In this document: positions 19,736 through 30,434 of the stretch, in pieces
How positions within the stretch are numbered: position 1 is the first letter of the stretch
Layout of the letters: every line of letters starts with the position of its first letter
Assembly: GCA_040275625.1 (NCBI GenBank)
Contig: JBEOKH010000291.1
Location: 1 to 47,897, forward strand
Direction of reading: 5' to 3'
From: Thauera sp.
GTDB lineage: Bacteria; Pseudomonadota; Gammaproteobacteria; Burkholderiales; Rhodocyclaceae
Length of the DNA stretch: 47,897 nucleotides
Made by a program: the position numbers and the translations under genes
Notes under the pieces: model-generated
Databases searched by the model: none
What the model was told of the DNA's origin: nothing
The model's input: the letters and a program-made list of their open reading frames with translations, nothing else

Positions 19736-20176
19736 ATGAGCCTGCTGGCCCAACTGAAGAAAGACTCCCTGCTCGCCCGCAAGGCCGCCGATGGCGTGCG
19801 CGCGACCCTGCTATCCACCCTGATCGCCGAGGCCGAGATGGTCGGCAAGAACGCCGGCAACCGCGAGAGCACCGACGACGAGGTCCAGCAGATGATCCGC
19901 AAGTTCCTGAAGAACAACCAGGAAGCGGTCGCCGTGATCAAGGACGCCGACCGCCTCGCGATGCTGGCGCAGGAGTCGGCCCTCCTCACCGCCTACCTGC
20001 CGCCGATGGCCGGTGAGGCCGAGGTGAAGGCCTTCATCGCAGACACCGTCGCCGGGCTCGCCGAGCGCTCGCCGAAGCAGATGGGTGTGGTGATGGGCGC
20101 GCTGAAGGCTAAGTTCGGTACCAGCTTCGACGCAAAGCAGGCCAACGCGTGGGTGAAGGAAGCGCTGACACGTTGA
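19736..20176 (+). CDS. GatB/YqeY domain protein
   Basis: MSLLAQLKKD.., E..LL.AYLP and KQMGVVMGALK motifs; GGAG RBS. Confidence 0.88.
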   Translation: MSLLAQLKKDSLLARKAADGVRATLLSTLIAEAEMVGKNAGNRESTDDEVQQMIRKFLKNNQEAVAVIKDADRLAMLAQESALLTAYLPPMAGEAEVKAFIADTVAGLAERSPKQMGVVMGALKAKFGTSFDAKQANAWVKEALTR

Positions 20177-20198
20177 CAAAGGGCTACTGCAGCAAGCG

Positions 20199-20270
20199 TT
20201 CGCGGCTTCCGCCGCTCCTACAAGGGCGCGTAGGGCACGGTTTTCCGGCAGGAGAAGCGGAAGCCGCGAA
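20199..20270. repeat. Inverted REP doublet
   Basis: GTAGGAGCGGCGGAAGCCGCGAA on minus at 20199-20221; degenerate copy on plus at 20248-20270; lies between convergent genes. Confidence 0.8.
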
Positions 20271-20318
20271 CGGTCGCGCTGCCATGACCGCAACGCGCTC
20301 GGGGCAGGCACGGCCCAA

Positions 20319-22139
20319 TCAGCGCAGCGCAGCGTGGATCTGCTCCGCGAGCTTGCGGCTGACGCCCTCCACCCGGCATAGATCCTCCACCGTCGCCTCG
20401 CGCACGCCATCCAGCCCGCCGAAGGCGGCGAGCAGGTTGCGCCGGCGTGACGGCCCCACGCCGGGGATGTCCTCCAGCCTGGAGCCCACGCGCGCCTTGC
20501 CGCGCTTGGCGCGGTGACCGGTGATGGCGAAGCGGTGGGCCTCGTCGCGGATCTCGACGATCAGGTGCAGCGCGGCGGACTCCCCGCCGAGCGCCAGCCC
20601 TTCGCGGCCGTCGGGGAAGATCAGCGTCTCCAGGCCCGCCTTGCGGCCCTCCCCCTTGGCCACGCCCACCATCGCCACCGCCTCCAGGCCGACCTCGGCG
20701 AGGATCGCGCGCGCGGCGCTGACCTGGCCCTTGCCGCCGTCGATCAGGATGAGGTCGGGGCACACGCCCTCCCCGGCCACGACCTTGCCGTAGCGGCGCT
20801 CCAGCGCCTGGCGCATCGCGGCAAAGTCGTCGCCCCCGGTGATGCCGGTGATGTTGTAGCGGCGGTATTCGGCGCGCTTCATCGCGCCCGCCTCGCACAC
20901 CACGCACGAGGCCACCGTGGCCTCGCCCATGGTGTGGCTGATGTCGAAGCACTCGATGCGCTGCGGCGCCTCGTCCAGGTCGAGCGCGGCGCGCAAGGCT
21001 TCGAGGCGCTGCTCGATGCGGCCGGTGTCGCGCGCGCGCGCCTGGATGGCGAGGTGGGCGTTGTTCTCGGCCATCTCCATCCACGCCTTTTCTGCTTCGA
21101 AGCGCGGCGACACCACGCCCGGCGGGCGCTCGGTGATCTCGGCGAGCGTCTCCTTGACCGCCTCGGGCGGCAGGTTAACCAGGATGCGCGCCGGGATCGG
21201 GTGCTGGCTGTAGTGCTGCTCGACGAAGGCGAGCAGGCTGTCCATCGCCCCCGACACCGCGGCACCGCTGGGGAACTGCGGGCGGTCGCCGAGGTGGCGG
21301 CCGCCGCGCACCATGGCGATGTTCACGCAGGTGAGGCCGTCGGCCTCGATCGCGGCCAGCACGTCGACGTCCTCGTCCTTGCGGCTATCGACGAACTGCT
21401 TGTGCAGCACGGCCTGCAGCACGCGCACCTGGTCGCGACAGGCGGCGGCTTCCTCGAAGGCGAGCCGCTCTGCGGCGGCCTGCATGCGGTTCGTGAGGTC
21501 GTCGATGACCTCGCTCGCCTGGCCGTCGAGGAAGCGGGTGGCGAGTTTCACGTCCGCGGCGTAGGCCTCGGGCTCGATCAGGCCGACGCAGGGCGCGGTG
21601 CAGCGCCTGATCTGGTGCAGCAGGCAGGGGCGCGAGCGGTTGGCGAAGACGGTGTTCTCGCAGGTGCGCAGCTGGAAGGTCTTCTGCAGCAGGTGGATGC
21701 TCTCGCGCACCGCCCACGCGTTGGGGAAGGGGCCGAAGTAGCGCGCGCCCTTGGTGAAGGCACCGCGGTGGTAGGCCAGGCGCGGGAATTCGTCGGCCGA
21801 GAGCTCGATGTAGGGGTAGGTCTTGTCGTCGCGAAAGAGGATGTTGTAGCGCGGCGCGAGGCTCTTGATGAGGTTGTTCTCGAGGATCAGGGCCTCGGCC
21901 TCCGAGCGTGTGGCGGTGGTGTCCACGCGCAGCACCTGGGCGACCATCATCGCGATGCGCGGGCTGGAGACGGTCTTCTGGAAGTAGCTGGAGACGCGGC
22001 GCTTGAGGTTCTTGGCCTTGCCGACATAGAGCACCTTGTCTTCGGCGCCGATCATGCGATAGACGCCGGGCTCCTCGGTGAGGGTGCGCAGGAAGGGCTT
22101 GGGGTCGAAGGCGGGCGCTTCGGGCGACGGGTCAGCCAT
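20319..22139 (-). CDS. uvrC: Excinuclease ABC subunit C
   Basis: GIY-YIG (PGVYRM..LYVGKAKNL), RIECFDISH, LIDGGKGQ, RDEAHRFA, HhH tail. Confidence 0.97.
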   Translation of the reverse strand: MADPSPEAPAFDPKPFLRTLTEEPGVYRMIGAEDKVLYVGKAKNLKRRVSSYFQKTVSSPRIAMMVAQVLRVDTTATRSEAEALILENNLIKSLAPRYNILFRDDKTYPYIELSADEFPRLAYHRGAFTKGARYFGPFPNAWAVRESIHLLQKTFQLRTCENTVFANRSRPCLLHQIRRCTAPCVGLIEPEAYAADVKLATRFLDGQASEVIDDLTNRMQAAAERLAFEEAAACRDQVRVLQAVLHKQFVDSRKDEDVDVLAAIEADGLTCVNIAMVRGGRHLGDRPQFPSGAAVSGAMDSLLAFVEQHYSQHPIPARILVNLPPEAVKETLAEITERPPGVVSPRFEAEKAWMEMAENNAHLAIQARARDTGRIEQRLEALRAALDLDEAPQRIECFDISHTMGEATVASCVVCEAGAMKRAEYRRYNITGITGGDDFAAMRQALERRYGKVVAGEGVCPDLILIDGGKGQVSAARAILAEVGLEAVAMVGVAKGEGRKAGLETLIFPDGREGLALGGESAALHLIVEIRDEAHRFAITGHRAKRGKARVGSRLEDIPGVGPSRRRNLLAAFGGLDGVREATVEDLCRVEGVSRKLAEQIHAALR

Positions 22140-23274
22140 TGCGCAGGACTTCGGTGCGCTGCTCGCCGATGGTGGCGGCCGTCATGGTGGGTGCGGTGCT
22201 GCTGTCGTCGGGGATGGCGGCGACGCGGTCGCGGGCGTGGACGTAGGCGGCGTGGAGTTCGAGCGCGAAGGGGTCGGCGAGCCACGCGGGCTGCGCGGCG
22301 GTCGGCACGATCGCGGCGAGGCGGGCGAGATTATCGGGGTCGGGGACGGGTGCCCAGCGGTCGAGCAGTTCGGCGGCGAGGTCCGGGCGGTTGCATACCA
22401 GCAGCATGTCGCAGCCGGCGGCGTACGCGGCCTTGGCACGGCCGACGATGTCGCCGGCGACGCGGGCGCCTTCCATGTTGAGGTCGTCGCTGAAGATCAC
22501 GCCCCGGAAGCCGAGCCGCTCGCGCAGCACCTCCTTGAGCCAGAAGGGCGAAAAGCCGGCGGGCTGGGGCTCGGAGCTGGGGTCGGCGTTGGGGTAGATC
22601 ACGTGCGCGGGCATCACCCCGGCGAGCTGGCGGCCGAGGCGGTGGCGGTAGGGGGCGATGTCCTCGTTCCACACCGTGTCGAAGTCGCGCGCGTCCACCG
22701 GCACATCGTGGTGCGAGTCGGCCTCGACGAAGCCGTGGCCGGGAAAGTGCTTGCCGACCGCGCCCATGCCCGCCTCCGCCATGCCGGCGACCAGCGCCTG
22801 CGCCAGCGCAGCCACGGCCTGCGGGTCGCGGTGGAAGGCGCGGTTACCGATCGCGCGGCAGCAGCCGTAGTCCAGGTCGAGCACCGGGGCGAAGCTGAGA
22901 TCGACACCGTGCGCGCGCAATTCCGCAGCCAGCACGAAGCCGCTGGCGCGAGCGGCGTCGAGCGCGGCCAGGTGGTCGTGGTCCCACAGTGCGCCCAGGC
23001 TGCACATCGAGGGCAGGCGGGTGAAGCCGTCGGTGCGGAAGCGCTGCACCCTGCCGCCTTCGTGGTCGACCGCGATGATAAGCGCCGGGTCGCGCAGTGC
23101 ACGGATGTCGGCCGTGAGCGCGCGGAGTTGATCGGAGCCGGTGAAGTTGCGCGCGAACAGGATGACGCCGCCGACCAGCGGGTCGAGCAGGCGTTCGCGT
23201 TCTTCGTCGGTCAGCGCGGTGCCGGCGACATCGATCATGACGGGGCCGCGGGGGCGGCGGATGGGCGAATTCAT
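22132..23274 (-). CDS. nagZ: Beta-N-acetylhexosaminidase (GH3)
   Basis: VDHEGGRVQR, KHFPGHG..ADSH and FSDDL motifs. Confidence 0.95.
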   Translation of the reverse strand: MNSPIRRPRGPVMIDVAGTALTDEERERLLDPLVGGVILFARNFTGSDQLRALTADIRALRDPALIIAVDHEGGRVQRFRTDGFTRLPSMCSLGALWDHDHLAALDAARASGFVLAAELRAHGVDLSFAPVLDLDYGCCRAIGNRAFHRDPQAVAALAQALVAGMAEAGMGAVGKHFPGHGFVEADSHHDVPVDARDFDTVWNEDIAPYRHRLGRQLAGVMPAHVIYPNADPSSEPQPAGFSPFWLKEVLRERLGFRGVIFSDDLNMEGARVAGDIVGRAKAAYAAGCDMLLVCNRPDLAAELLDRWAPVPDPDNLARLAAIVPTAAQPAWLADPFALELHAAYVHARDRVAAIPDDSSTAPTMTAATIGEQRTEVLRNG

Positions 23275-23293
23275 GTGCTGGAGGTTCCGGGGC

Positions 23294-23671
23294 TCACGCC
23301 CTTTCGATCAGCGCAAACGCGAGGATGTGCTCGTCCTCGTCGCTGAGGCTGAGGTGGGCGCGCAGCCCGTTGTCGCGCATGTGCGCGGCGAGGCGCTCGT
23401 CAAAACGGTATTCCGGTTTACCGCGCGCATCGTGGCCGACGGCGACCGCGTGCAGGGTGGCTGGCACGGCGACGCCGGTACCGAGCGCCTTGCCGAAGGC
23501 CTCCTTGGCGGCGAAGCGCTTGGCAAGGAAACGTGCCGGGTCGCGGTGCGCGCGCCAGGCCTCGAGCTCGCTCGCGGCAAGGATGCGCAGCGCGAAGCGC
23601 TCACCGTGACGCTCGAGCGCCTCGCGCATTCGCCGCAGTTGCACGAGATCCGTGCCGATGCCGTGGATCAT
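23294..23671 (-). CDS. acpS: Holo-[ACP] synthase
   Basis: MIHGIGTDLV, RFAAKEAFGKALGTG, HLSLSD. Confidence 0.95.
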   Translation of the reverse strand: MIHGIGTDLVQLRRMREALERHGERFALRILAASELEAWRAHRDPARFLAKRFAAKEAFGKALGTGVAVPATLHAVAVGHDARGKPEYRFDERLAAHMRDNGLRAHLSLSDEDEHILAFALIERA

Positions 23672-23701
23672 GAACTCGCGCTCGCGTTGCGGCAGGCGCC
23701 A

Positions 23702-23790
23702 GCAGGAACGGCGAAAGCCGCGAACACGGCGCACGAATCCACGGTGCCGCCCGGATCATGCGCGGCATTCGCGGCTTCCGCCGCTCCTAC
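23702..23790. repeat. Inverted REP doublet
   Basis: GCAGGAACGGCGAAAGCCGCGAA on plus at 23702-23724; GTAGGAGCGGCGGAAGCCGCGAA on minus at 23768-23790. Confidence 0.8.
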
Positions 23791-23797
23791 ACGGGGG

Positions 23798-23878
23798 GAT
23801 CGACCGCGCGCGGCGCCAGATCGACGGCCCGCGGCACATCGACCGCGCGCAGCGCCGGATCGATGTGCCGCAGCGGCG
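23798..23878. repeat. Imperfect tandem repeat (4 units of 21/18/21/21 bp)
   Basis: Units resemble GATCGACCGCGCGCGGCGCCA. Confidence 0.55.
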
Positions 23879-23943
23879 GGGCGGCGTGCCGCGGCGCCGG
23901 ATGGGTCCCCGGAGCGGGAGAAGGGCCACGTCATCGTACGTCT

Positions 23944-24696
23944 TCAGGCGCCCTGCGCCGCTTCGCGCATCAGCCGCTTCATCTCGGCGACCGCCGCGCG
24001 CAGGCCGACGAAGACGGCACGGCTGACGATGGCGTGGCCGATGTGCAGCTCGCGGATGCCGTGCAGGCGCGCGATCGGTTCGACGTTGTAATAGTTGAGC
24101 GCGTGGCCGGCGTTGAAACGCATGCCCAGGCTGCGCACCGCCTCGCCGGCGCTGCGGATCTTGTCGAGCTCGACGAGCACCGCCGGTGCCTCGGCGTCGC
24201 GGCCGGCGGCGTGGAAAGCGTGGGCGTAGGGGCCGGTGTGGATCTCGCATACCCGTGCGCCGATGCGGGCGGCGGCCTCGATCTGCTCGGGCTCGGCGTC
24301 GATGAACACGCTGGTGACGATGCCGGCATCGGCGAGGCGGGAGATCACCTCCTTCAGGCGCGCTTCCTGGGCGAGCACGTCGAGCCCGCCTTCGGTGGTG
24401 ATCTCGTGGCGACCCTCCGGCACCAGCATGGCCATCTGCGGCCGGGTGCGGCAGGCGATGGCGACCATCTCATCGGTGGCCGCCATCTCGAGGTTGAGCT
24501 TGACCTGAGTGAGCTCGGCGAGTCGGCGCACGTCCTCGTCGTTGATGTGGCGGCGATCCTCGCGCAGGTGGATGGTGATGCCCTCCGCGCCGCCGAGATG
24601 AGCCTCCACCGCCGCCCACACCGGATCGGGTTCCCAGGTGCGGCGCGCCTGGCGCAGCGTGGCGACGTGGTCGATGTTGACGCCGAGTTCGATCAT
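23944..24696 (-). CDS. pdxJ: Pyridoxine 5'-phosphate synthase
   Basis: [36 protein letters not shown]. Confidence 0.97.
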   Translation of the reverse strand: MIELGVNIDHVATLRQARRTWEPDPVWAAVEAHLGGAEGITIHLREDRRHINDEDVRRLAELTQVKLNLEMAATDEMVAIACRTRPQMAMLVPEGRHEITTEGGLDVLAQEARLKEVISRLADAGIVTSVFIDAEPEQIEAAARIGARVCEIHTGPYAHAFHAAGRDAEAPAVLVELDKIRSAGEAVRSLGMRFNAGHALNYYNVEPIARLHGIRELHIGHAIVSRAVFVGLRAAVAEMKRLMREAAQGA

Positions 24697-25448
24697 CAGA
24701 GCTCCTGCAGTTCCTTGAGCACCCTGCGCGACTGCAAGGGCTGGCCGCCCAGGGTGTGGTTGATCAGCATGCGCAGCAGCTGCTTGGACTGGCCCAGCGT
24801 CTCCACGCGCGAAAAGTCGCCAGCCGCCATGTCGAGCAGTGTCTGCCCGGACAGCACCGGCTGCTCGCCGAGCGCGGCCGCGTCGACGCCCTCTTCTTGC
24901 AGGACCTCCAGCCGCAGCGGACCGCGTTCGATTATATAAAGGTAGCGTGCCTCGGGCCGCACCGGCTCGCCACTGTCACCCTCATGGGCGAGCCCGGCCT
25001 CGTAGCCCAGATCCTGCAGCAGGGCGAGCTCGAAGCGACGCAGGATGGGCGATTCGGGCTCACCGCGGCCGAGCGCGCGCACCGCTTCGGCATAGGCCGC
25101 GAACAGCCGCGGATGCGGGTCTTCACGTGCGGTGAGGCGCACCAGCAGCTCGTTGAGGTAGTAGCCGCAGATCAGCGCGCGCCCGATCAGCAGCGGCTGG
25201 CCGCCCTGCCATTCGGCGCGCACCAGGGTCTTGACCTCGCCGCCGCCCGACCAGTCGATCAGCAGCGGCTGGAAGGCCATCAGCACGCCGCGCAGCTGTG
25301 AGTGCGGCCGGCGCGCGCCCTTGGCCACCAGCGCAACCCGACCGTGGTCGCGCGAGAACGTCTCGACGATCAGGCTGGTTTCGCGCCAGGGATAGGTGTG
25401 CAGCACCCAGGCGGGCTGCTGCTCGATGCGCTGTCTGGCTCCCGCCAC
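24696..25448 (-). CDS. recO: DNA repair protein RecO
   Basis: [29 protein letters not shown]; lies in the rnc-era-recO-pdxJ-acpS order. Confidence 0.95.
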   Translation of the reverse strand: MAGARQRIEQQPAWVLHTYPWRETSLIVETFSRDHGRVALVAKGARRPHSQLRGVLMAFQPLLIDWSGGGEVKTLVRAEWQGGQPLLIGRALICGYYLNELLVRLTAREDPHPRLFAAYAEAVRALGRGEPESPILRRFELALLQDLGYEAGLAHEGDSGEPVRPEARYLYIIERGPLRLEVLQEEGVDAAALGEQPVLSGQTLLDMAAGDFSRVETLGQSKQLLRMLINHTLGGQPLQSRRVLKELQEL

Positions 25449-25463
25449 GGCCCGGCGTCCGGC

Positions 25464-26393
25464 TTACTCGTAACCGAGGCTCTTCAGCGCGCGCTCGTCG
25501 TCGGCCCATCCGCTCTTGACCTTGACCCAGACTTCGAGGAAGACCTTGCCGTCGAACAGCTTCTCGAGCTCGACGCGAGCCTCGCTCGAGATACGTTTCA
25601 GCTTCTCGCCACCCTTGCCGATCACCATCGACTTGTGGCCCGCCTTGTCGACGATCACCGCGGCGTAGATGCGGCGCAGGTTGCCTTCGACCTCGAACTT
25701 TTCGATCTCCACCGCGATGCCATAAGGCAGTTCGTCGCCGAGCAGGCGGAAGAGCTTTTCGCGCAGGAACTCGGAGGCCAGGAAGCGCTCGCTGCGGTCG
25801 GTGATCTCGTCTTCCTGGAACATTGGCGTGCCGAACGGCAGCAAGGGCGTGGCGGCCTTGACCAGCTCTTCGACGTTGCGACCCTTCTCTGCCGACAAGG
25901 GCACGATCTCGGTGAATTCGCGCGCCTGGCGCACCTGGTCGATGAAGGGCAGCAGGCGGGCCTTGTCCTTGAGTTGGTCAACCTTGTTGATCACCAGGAT
26001 TACCTGCGACGACTCCGGGATCACCGACAGCACCTTGCGGTCGTCGTCCGTGAAGCGGCCGGCCTCGATGACGAAGAACACCAGGTCGACGTCGGCCAGC
26101 ACCTGCGACACCGTGCGGTTCATCGAGCGGTTGAGCGCGTTGCGGTGGTGGGTCTGGAAGCCCGGCGTATCGACGAACACAAACTGCGCACCCGCCTCGG
26201 TGAGGATGCCGGTGACGCGATGGCGGGTGGTCTGCGCCTTGCTGGAGACGATGCTGATCTTCTGCCCGATGAGGCGGTTGAGCAGGGTCGACTTGCCGAC
26301 GTTGGGGCGGCCGACGATGGCGACGAAGCCGGCGCGAAAGCCGGCACCGCCCGGTTGATCGGCGGCAGGAGGGGTGTTGGTCGCGTCGCTCAT
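25464..26393 (-). CDS. era: GTPase Era
   Basis: [21 protein letters not shown] and KH-domain VIGKGG; ATG overlaps the rnc stop. Confidence 0.97.
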   Translation of the reverse strand: MSDATNTPPAADQPGGAGFRAGFVAIVGRPNVGKSTLLNRLIGQKISIVSSKAQTTRHRVTGILTEAGAQFVFVDTPGFQTHHRNALNRSMNRTVSQVLADVDLVFFVIEAGRFTDDDRKVLSVIPESSQVILVINKVDQLKDKARLLPFIDQVRQAREFTEIVPLSAEKGRNVEELVKAATPLLPFGTPMFQEDEITDRSERFLASEFLREKLFRLLGDELPYGIAVEIEKFEVEGNLRRIYAAVIVDKAGHKSMVIGKGGEKLKRISSEARVELEKLFDGKVFLEVWVKVKSGWADDERALKSLGYE

Positions 26394-27061
26394 TTCTTTC
26401 TCACTGCGGCGAGCGCGAGCTCGGCCGACTGTTGTTCGGCGATCCGCCGGCTGGGACCGCGGGCCAGCGTACGAACGCCGAGTTTGGGAATCTCGCAGGC
26501 GACCTCGAACTCCTGCGCATGGGCTTCGCCGAGCACCTGCACCATGGTGTAGGTAGGCACCGGCATGCGGCGCGCCTGCAGCCATTCCTGCAACGCGGTC
26601 TTGGCGTCCTTGCTGGGTTTTTCCGGGTCGACCTCGGCCAGCAGCGACCGGTAAAGGCCATCGATCACGCCCTGAGCCGCCCCGAAACCGGCGTCGAGGA
26701 AGACCGCGGCGAACACGGCCTCGAGCGCGTCGGCGAGAATGGACGGCCGCCGGTTACCCCCGGACTTGAGCTCACCCTCGCCCAGGCGCAGGCAATCCCC
26801 AAGTTCGAGTTCGAGTGCGATACGGTGCAGCGCGTCCTGGCGCACCAGCGAAGCACGCACGCGCGACAGCTCCCCCTCGCGCAGTTCGCCGAAGCGCTCG
26901 AAGAGCGTGATTGCGGTCACGCAGTTGAGGATCGAGTCACCAAGGAACTCAAAGCGTTCGTTGTTCGGCTGACCGAAGCTGCGATGGGTCAGCGCCTCCT
27001 GCAGCAGGCGGGGATCGGTAAAGACGTGGCCGAGCCGAGCCTGGAGTCGTTCCAGCGTCAT
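26390..27061 (-). CDS. rnc: Ribonuclease III
   Basis: [21 protein letters not shown]; dsRBD starting DAKTALQE. Confidence 0.97.
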   Translation of the reverse strand: MTLERLQARLGHVFTDPRLLQEALTHRSFGQPNNERFEFLGDSILNCVTAITLFERFGELREGELSRVRASLVRQDALHRIALELELGDCLRLGEGELKSGGNRRPSILADALEAVFAAVFLDAGFGAAQGVIDGLYRSLLAEVDPEKPSKDAKTALQEWLQARRMPVPTYTMVQVLGEAHAQEFEVACEIPKLGVRTLARGPSRRIAEQQSAELALAAVRKK

Positions 27062-27065
27062 CGGA

Positions 27066-27428
27066 TCAGCGCTGCTCGCTGCTCGGATGCAGGTCGATCG
27101 AAAGACTCACGTTGGCGACCAGGGGCACCTTGCGGGTGTACTGGACGTCGATCACCGTGCGCTGACCGCTGCGGTCGATTGCGAGATCCGTGCCCCTCAC
27201 GCTGCTCACGTCGTCGATCTGCCCACGGCGATCGAAGCTGCGGCGCAGCTCGACCGGGGTCATGCCCTTGTCTGCCTCGTCCGCGAGGATGACGACGATA
27301 CGCTTGATCGCCAGATACTCGTGCACCACCGGCACCATGCGGAACGCGACCACCAGCAGGAAGGCTGCCAGCGCGCCCGTGACGAGCACGCCGAGCAGGG
27401 TCAGTCCACGTTGCGAATGCTTGTTCAT
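27066..27428 (-). CDS. DUF4845-type pilin-like protein
   Basis: QRGLTL N-terminus followed by a TM; conserved position between lepB and rnc. Confidence 0.8.
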   Translation of the reverse strand: MNKHSQRGLTLLGVLVTGALAAFLLVVAFRMVPVVHEYLAIKRIVVILADEADKGMTPVELRRSFDRRGQIDDVSSVRGTDLAIDRSGQRTVIDVQYTRKVPLVANVSLSIDLHPSSEQR

Positions 27429-27445
27429 GCGCTGTCTCCGAATCT

Positions 27446-28234
27446 TCAGTCGAAGCCGCCGATCCGCTTCATGTCGCCGAAATTGAACCAGATGAAGAAC
27501 GCACGCCCGACGATGTTGGCGTCGGGCACGAAGCCCCACACCCGGCTGTCGCTGCTCGCGTCACGGTTGTCGCCGAGGACGAAGTAATGGCCTTGCGGCA
27601 CGGTGCAGCGCACTCCCGCGTGCGTGTAGGTGCAGTGCTCGCGACCAGGGAAGTTCAGCACTTGCGGCACGAAGGCCGGGGCGTCGCGTTCAATCAGCAC
27701 CGAATGCTCGACCTTGCCCAGATTCTCGACGTACTTCGGCGAGTAGTACAGGCGGTCCGGATGCAGATAGGACCCGTCCTCGCGGGTCGGCACCGCCTCA
27801 CCGTTGATCGTCAGGCGCTTGTCGATGTATTCGACGCGGTCGCCGGGCAGACCGACCACGCGCTTGATGTAGTCCATCGACGGGTCGGCCGGATAGCGGA
27901 ACACCATCACGTCGCCGCGCTGCGGATCGTTCACATCGACGATCTTCTGGTTGATGACCGGCAGGCGGATGCCATAGGTCCATTTGTTGACCAGGATGAA
28001 GTCGCCCACCAGCAGGGTCGGGATCATTGACCCCGAAGGAATCTTGAACGGCTCGACCACGAAGGAGCGCAGGCCGAACACGATCAGGATCACCGGGAAG
28101 AAGCTCGCGCCGTACTCGACCCACCACGGATCGGGCGCGCCGGCTGGGCGCAGCTTGCGCGCGTGAACGCGATCGAAGAACCACAGTACGCCGGTGGCAA
28201 TCAGCAGCAGGAACAGGATCAGGGCGAAATTCAT
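27446..28234 (-). CDS. lepB: Signal peptidase I
   Basis: IPSGSMIPTL, DYIKRVVGLPGD, GDNRDASSDSR. Confidence 0.97.
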   Translation of the reverse strand: MNFALILFLLLIATGVLWFFDRVHARKLRPAGAPDPWWVEYGASFFPVILIVFGLRSFVVEPFKIPSGSMIPTLLVGDFILVNKWTYGIRLPVINQKIVDVNDPQRGDVMVFRYPADPSMDYIKRVVGLPGDRVEYIDKRLTINGEAVPTREDGSYLHPDRLYYSPKYVENLGKVEHSVLIERDAPAFVPQVLNFPGREHCTYTHAGVRCTVPQGHYFVLGDNRDASSDSRVWGFVPDANIVGRAFFIWFNFGDMKRIGGFD

Positions 28235-28283
28235 GCGGTTTCCGTCTTGGACCGGCCGACGCGATGTCGGTCGGCAGTTTCGA

Positions 28284-30080
28284 TCACTTGCCTTCGTCGG
28301 TGCGCAGCACGGCGAGGAAGGCCTCCTGCGGGATCTCGACGTTGCCGACCTGCTTCATGCGCTTCTTGCCTTCCTTCTGCTTCTCGAGGAGTTTCTTCTT
28401 GCGGCTGATGTCGCCGCCGTAGCACTTGGCGAGCACGTTCTTGCGCAGCGCCTTGATGGTCTCGCGGGCGATGATGTGCGCACCGATCGCCGCCTGCACC
28501 GCCACGTCGAACATCTGGCGCGGGATCAGGCCGCGCAGCTTGCTCGCAAGCTCGCGGCCGCGGTACTGCGCGCTGGCGCGGTGCACGATCACCGATAGCG
28601 CATCGACCTTCTCGCCACCCACCATCAGGTCGAGCTTGACCAGGTCGGCCGTGCGGTATTCCTTGAATTCGTAATCGAGCGACGCATAGCCGCGCGATAC
28701 CGACTTGAGCTTGTCGAAGAAGTCCATCACGACCTCGTTCATCGGCATCTCATAGATCAACTGTACCTGGCGGCCGTGGTAACGCATGTCGATCTGGTTG
28801 CCACGCTTCTGGTTGCACAGCGTGATCACCGGGCCGACGTAGTCCTGCGGCAGGAAGATGGTCGCGGTGATGATCGGCTCGCGGATCTCCTGGTACTTGC
28901 CGGGCTCGGGCAGCTTGGCCGGATTCTCGATGCGGATGACCGAGTTGTCGTTCAGCACCACCTCATAGACCACCGTTGGCGCAGTGGTGATGAGGTCCAT
29001 GTCGAACTCGCGCTCCAGGCGCTCCTGCACGATGTCCATGTGCAGCAGGCCAAGGAAGCCGCAGCGGAAGCCGAAGCCGAGCGCCTGCGAGACCTCGGGC
29101 TCGAAGCGCAGCGAGGAGTCGTTCAGGCGCAGCTTCTCGAGCGAGTCGCGCAACTGGTCGTACTCGGACGACTCCACCGGATACAGGCCGGCGAACACCT
29201 GCGGCTTGATCTCCTTGAAACCGGGCAGCGCTGCGGCTGCAGGCCGGTTGGCCAGGGTCACCGTGTCGCCCACCTTGGCCGCTTCGATCTCCTTGATGCC
29301 GGCGATGATGAAGCCCACCTCTCCCGCACGCAGTTGCTCGCGCGCCACCGAGCGCGGGGTGAACACGCCCACCTGATCGCACGGATACTGCAGACCGTTC
29401 GACATCAGCAGGATGCGGTCCTTGGGCTTGAGCACCCCGTCGACCACGCGCACCAGCATGACGACGCCGACGTAGTTGTCGAACCAAGAGTCGATGATGA
29501 GCGCCTTCAGCGGCCCTTCCGGCTCGCCCTTCGGCTGCGGGATGCGGGCGACGATCGCCTCGAGCACGTCTTCCACGCCGAGGCCGGTCTTGGCCGAGCA
29601 CAGGATGGCCTCGGAGGCATCGACGCCGATCACGTCCTCGATCTCGCTGCGTGCGTTCTCGGGGTCGGCCGCCGGCAGGTCGATCTTGTTCAACACCGGC
29701 ACCACCTCGACGTCGAGATCGAGCGCGGTGTAACAGTTGGCCACCGTCTGCGCCTCGACCCCCTGCGAGGCGTCGACCACCAGCAGCGCGCCCTCGCAGG
29801 CGGCGAGCGAGCGGCTGACCTCGTAGGAGAAGTCGACGTGCCCCGGAGTGTCGATCAGGTTCAGGTTGTAGACCTGTCCGTCCCTGGCCTTGTAGTGCAG
29901 GGCCGCGGTCTGTGCCTTGATCGTGATGCCGCGCTCGCGCTCGATGTCCATCGAGTCGAGCACCTGTTCCTCCATCTCGCGCTCGGACAGGCCGCCGCAG
30001 AAGTGGATAAGTCGGTCGGCCAGGGTCGATTTACCGTGGTCGATGTGGGCGATGATGGAGAAGTTTCGGATGTGCTTCAT
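28284..30080 (-). CDS. lepA: Elongation factor 4
   Basis: [40 protein letters not shown]. Confidence 0.98.
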   Translation of the reverse strand: MKHIRNFSIIAHIDHGKSTLADRLIHFCGGLSEREMEEQVLDSMDIERERGITIKAQTAALHYKARDGQVYNLNLIDTPGHVDFSYEVSRSLAACEGALLVVDASQGVEAQTVANCYTALDLDVEVVPVLNKIDLPAADPENARSEIEDVIGVDASEAILCSAKTGLGVEDVLEAIVARIPQPKGEPEGPLKALIIDSWFDNYVGVVMLVRVVDGVLKPKDRILLMSNGLQYPCDQVGVFTPRSVAREQLRAGEVGFIIAGIKEIEAAKVGDTVTLANRPAAAALPGFKEIKPQVFAGLYPVESSEYDQLRDSLEKLRLNDSSLRFEPEVSQALGFGFRCGFLGLLHMDIVQERLEREFDMDLITTAPTVVYEVVLNDNSVIRIENPAKLPEPGKYQEIREPIITATIFLPQDYVGPVITLCNQKRGNQIDMRYHGRQVQLIYEMPMNEVVMDFFDKLKSVSRGYASLDYEFKEYRTADLVKLDLMVGGEKVDALSVIVHRASAQYRGRELASKLRGLIPRQMFDVAVQAAIGAHIIARETIKALRKNVLAKCYGGDISRKKKLLEKQKEGKKRMKQVGNVEIPQEAFLAVLRTDEGK

Positions 30081-30158
30081 TTGAAACGAAAAAGGTGCCT
30101 TGCAGCACCCGTTTCGGAAAGGATTCGGTAGGTGGCTGGCCGGGTTCGGTCGACCTCG

Positions 30159-30434
30159 TCAAGCCGGCGATTCTAGCGGAAAACCGCTACAATAAGCGCG
30201 CACCGCGCCCTCGTCGAGGTGGTAGTGGCAGATCTCGTGGTCGCCATGGAGCAACACCGGTACCCATTCGCCCCAGCGTTCCTCAAGGTCCGGGTGCAGA
30301 TCGACGTCGATGACCTCGATCTGCCAGCACGCCTCGGCAGCGATTGGCTCCAGCGCGGCAATGAGGTCATGGCACAGATGGCACCACTCCCGGCTCATCA
30401 CGGTGAAACGCCGGCCGGCGTCGGCGCTGTTCAT
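30159..30434 (-). CDS. Glutaredoxin-like protein
   Basis: CHLC motif, IDVD, VPVL, CHYHLD. Confidence 0.85.
   Translation of the reverse strand: MNSADAGRRFTVMSREWCHLCHDLIAALEPIAAEACWQIEVIDVDLHPDLEERWGEWVPVLLHGDHEICHYHLDEGAVRAYCSGFPLESPA

Noticed and set aside
23798-23878. CRISPR-like array
   Set aside because: Units are contiguous and degenerate with no unique spacers, and there are no cas genes.
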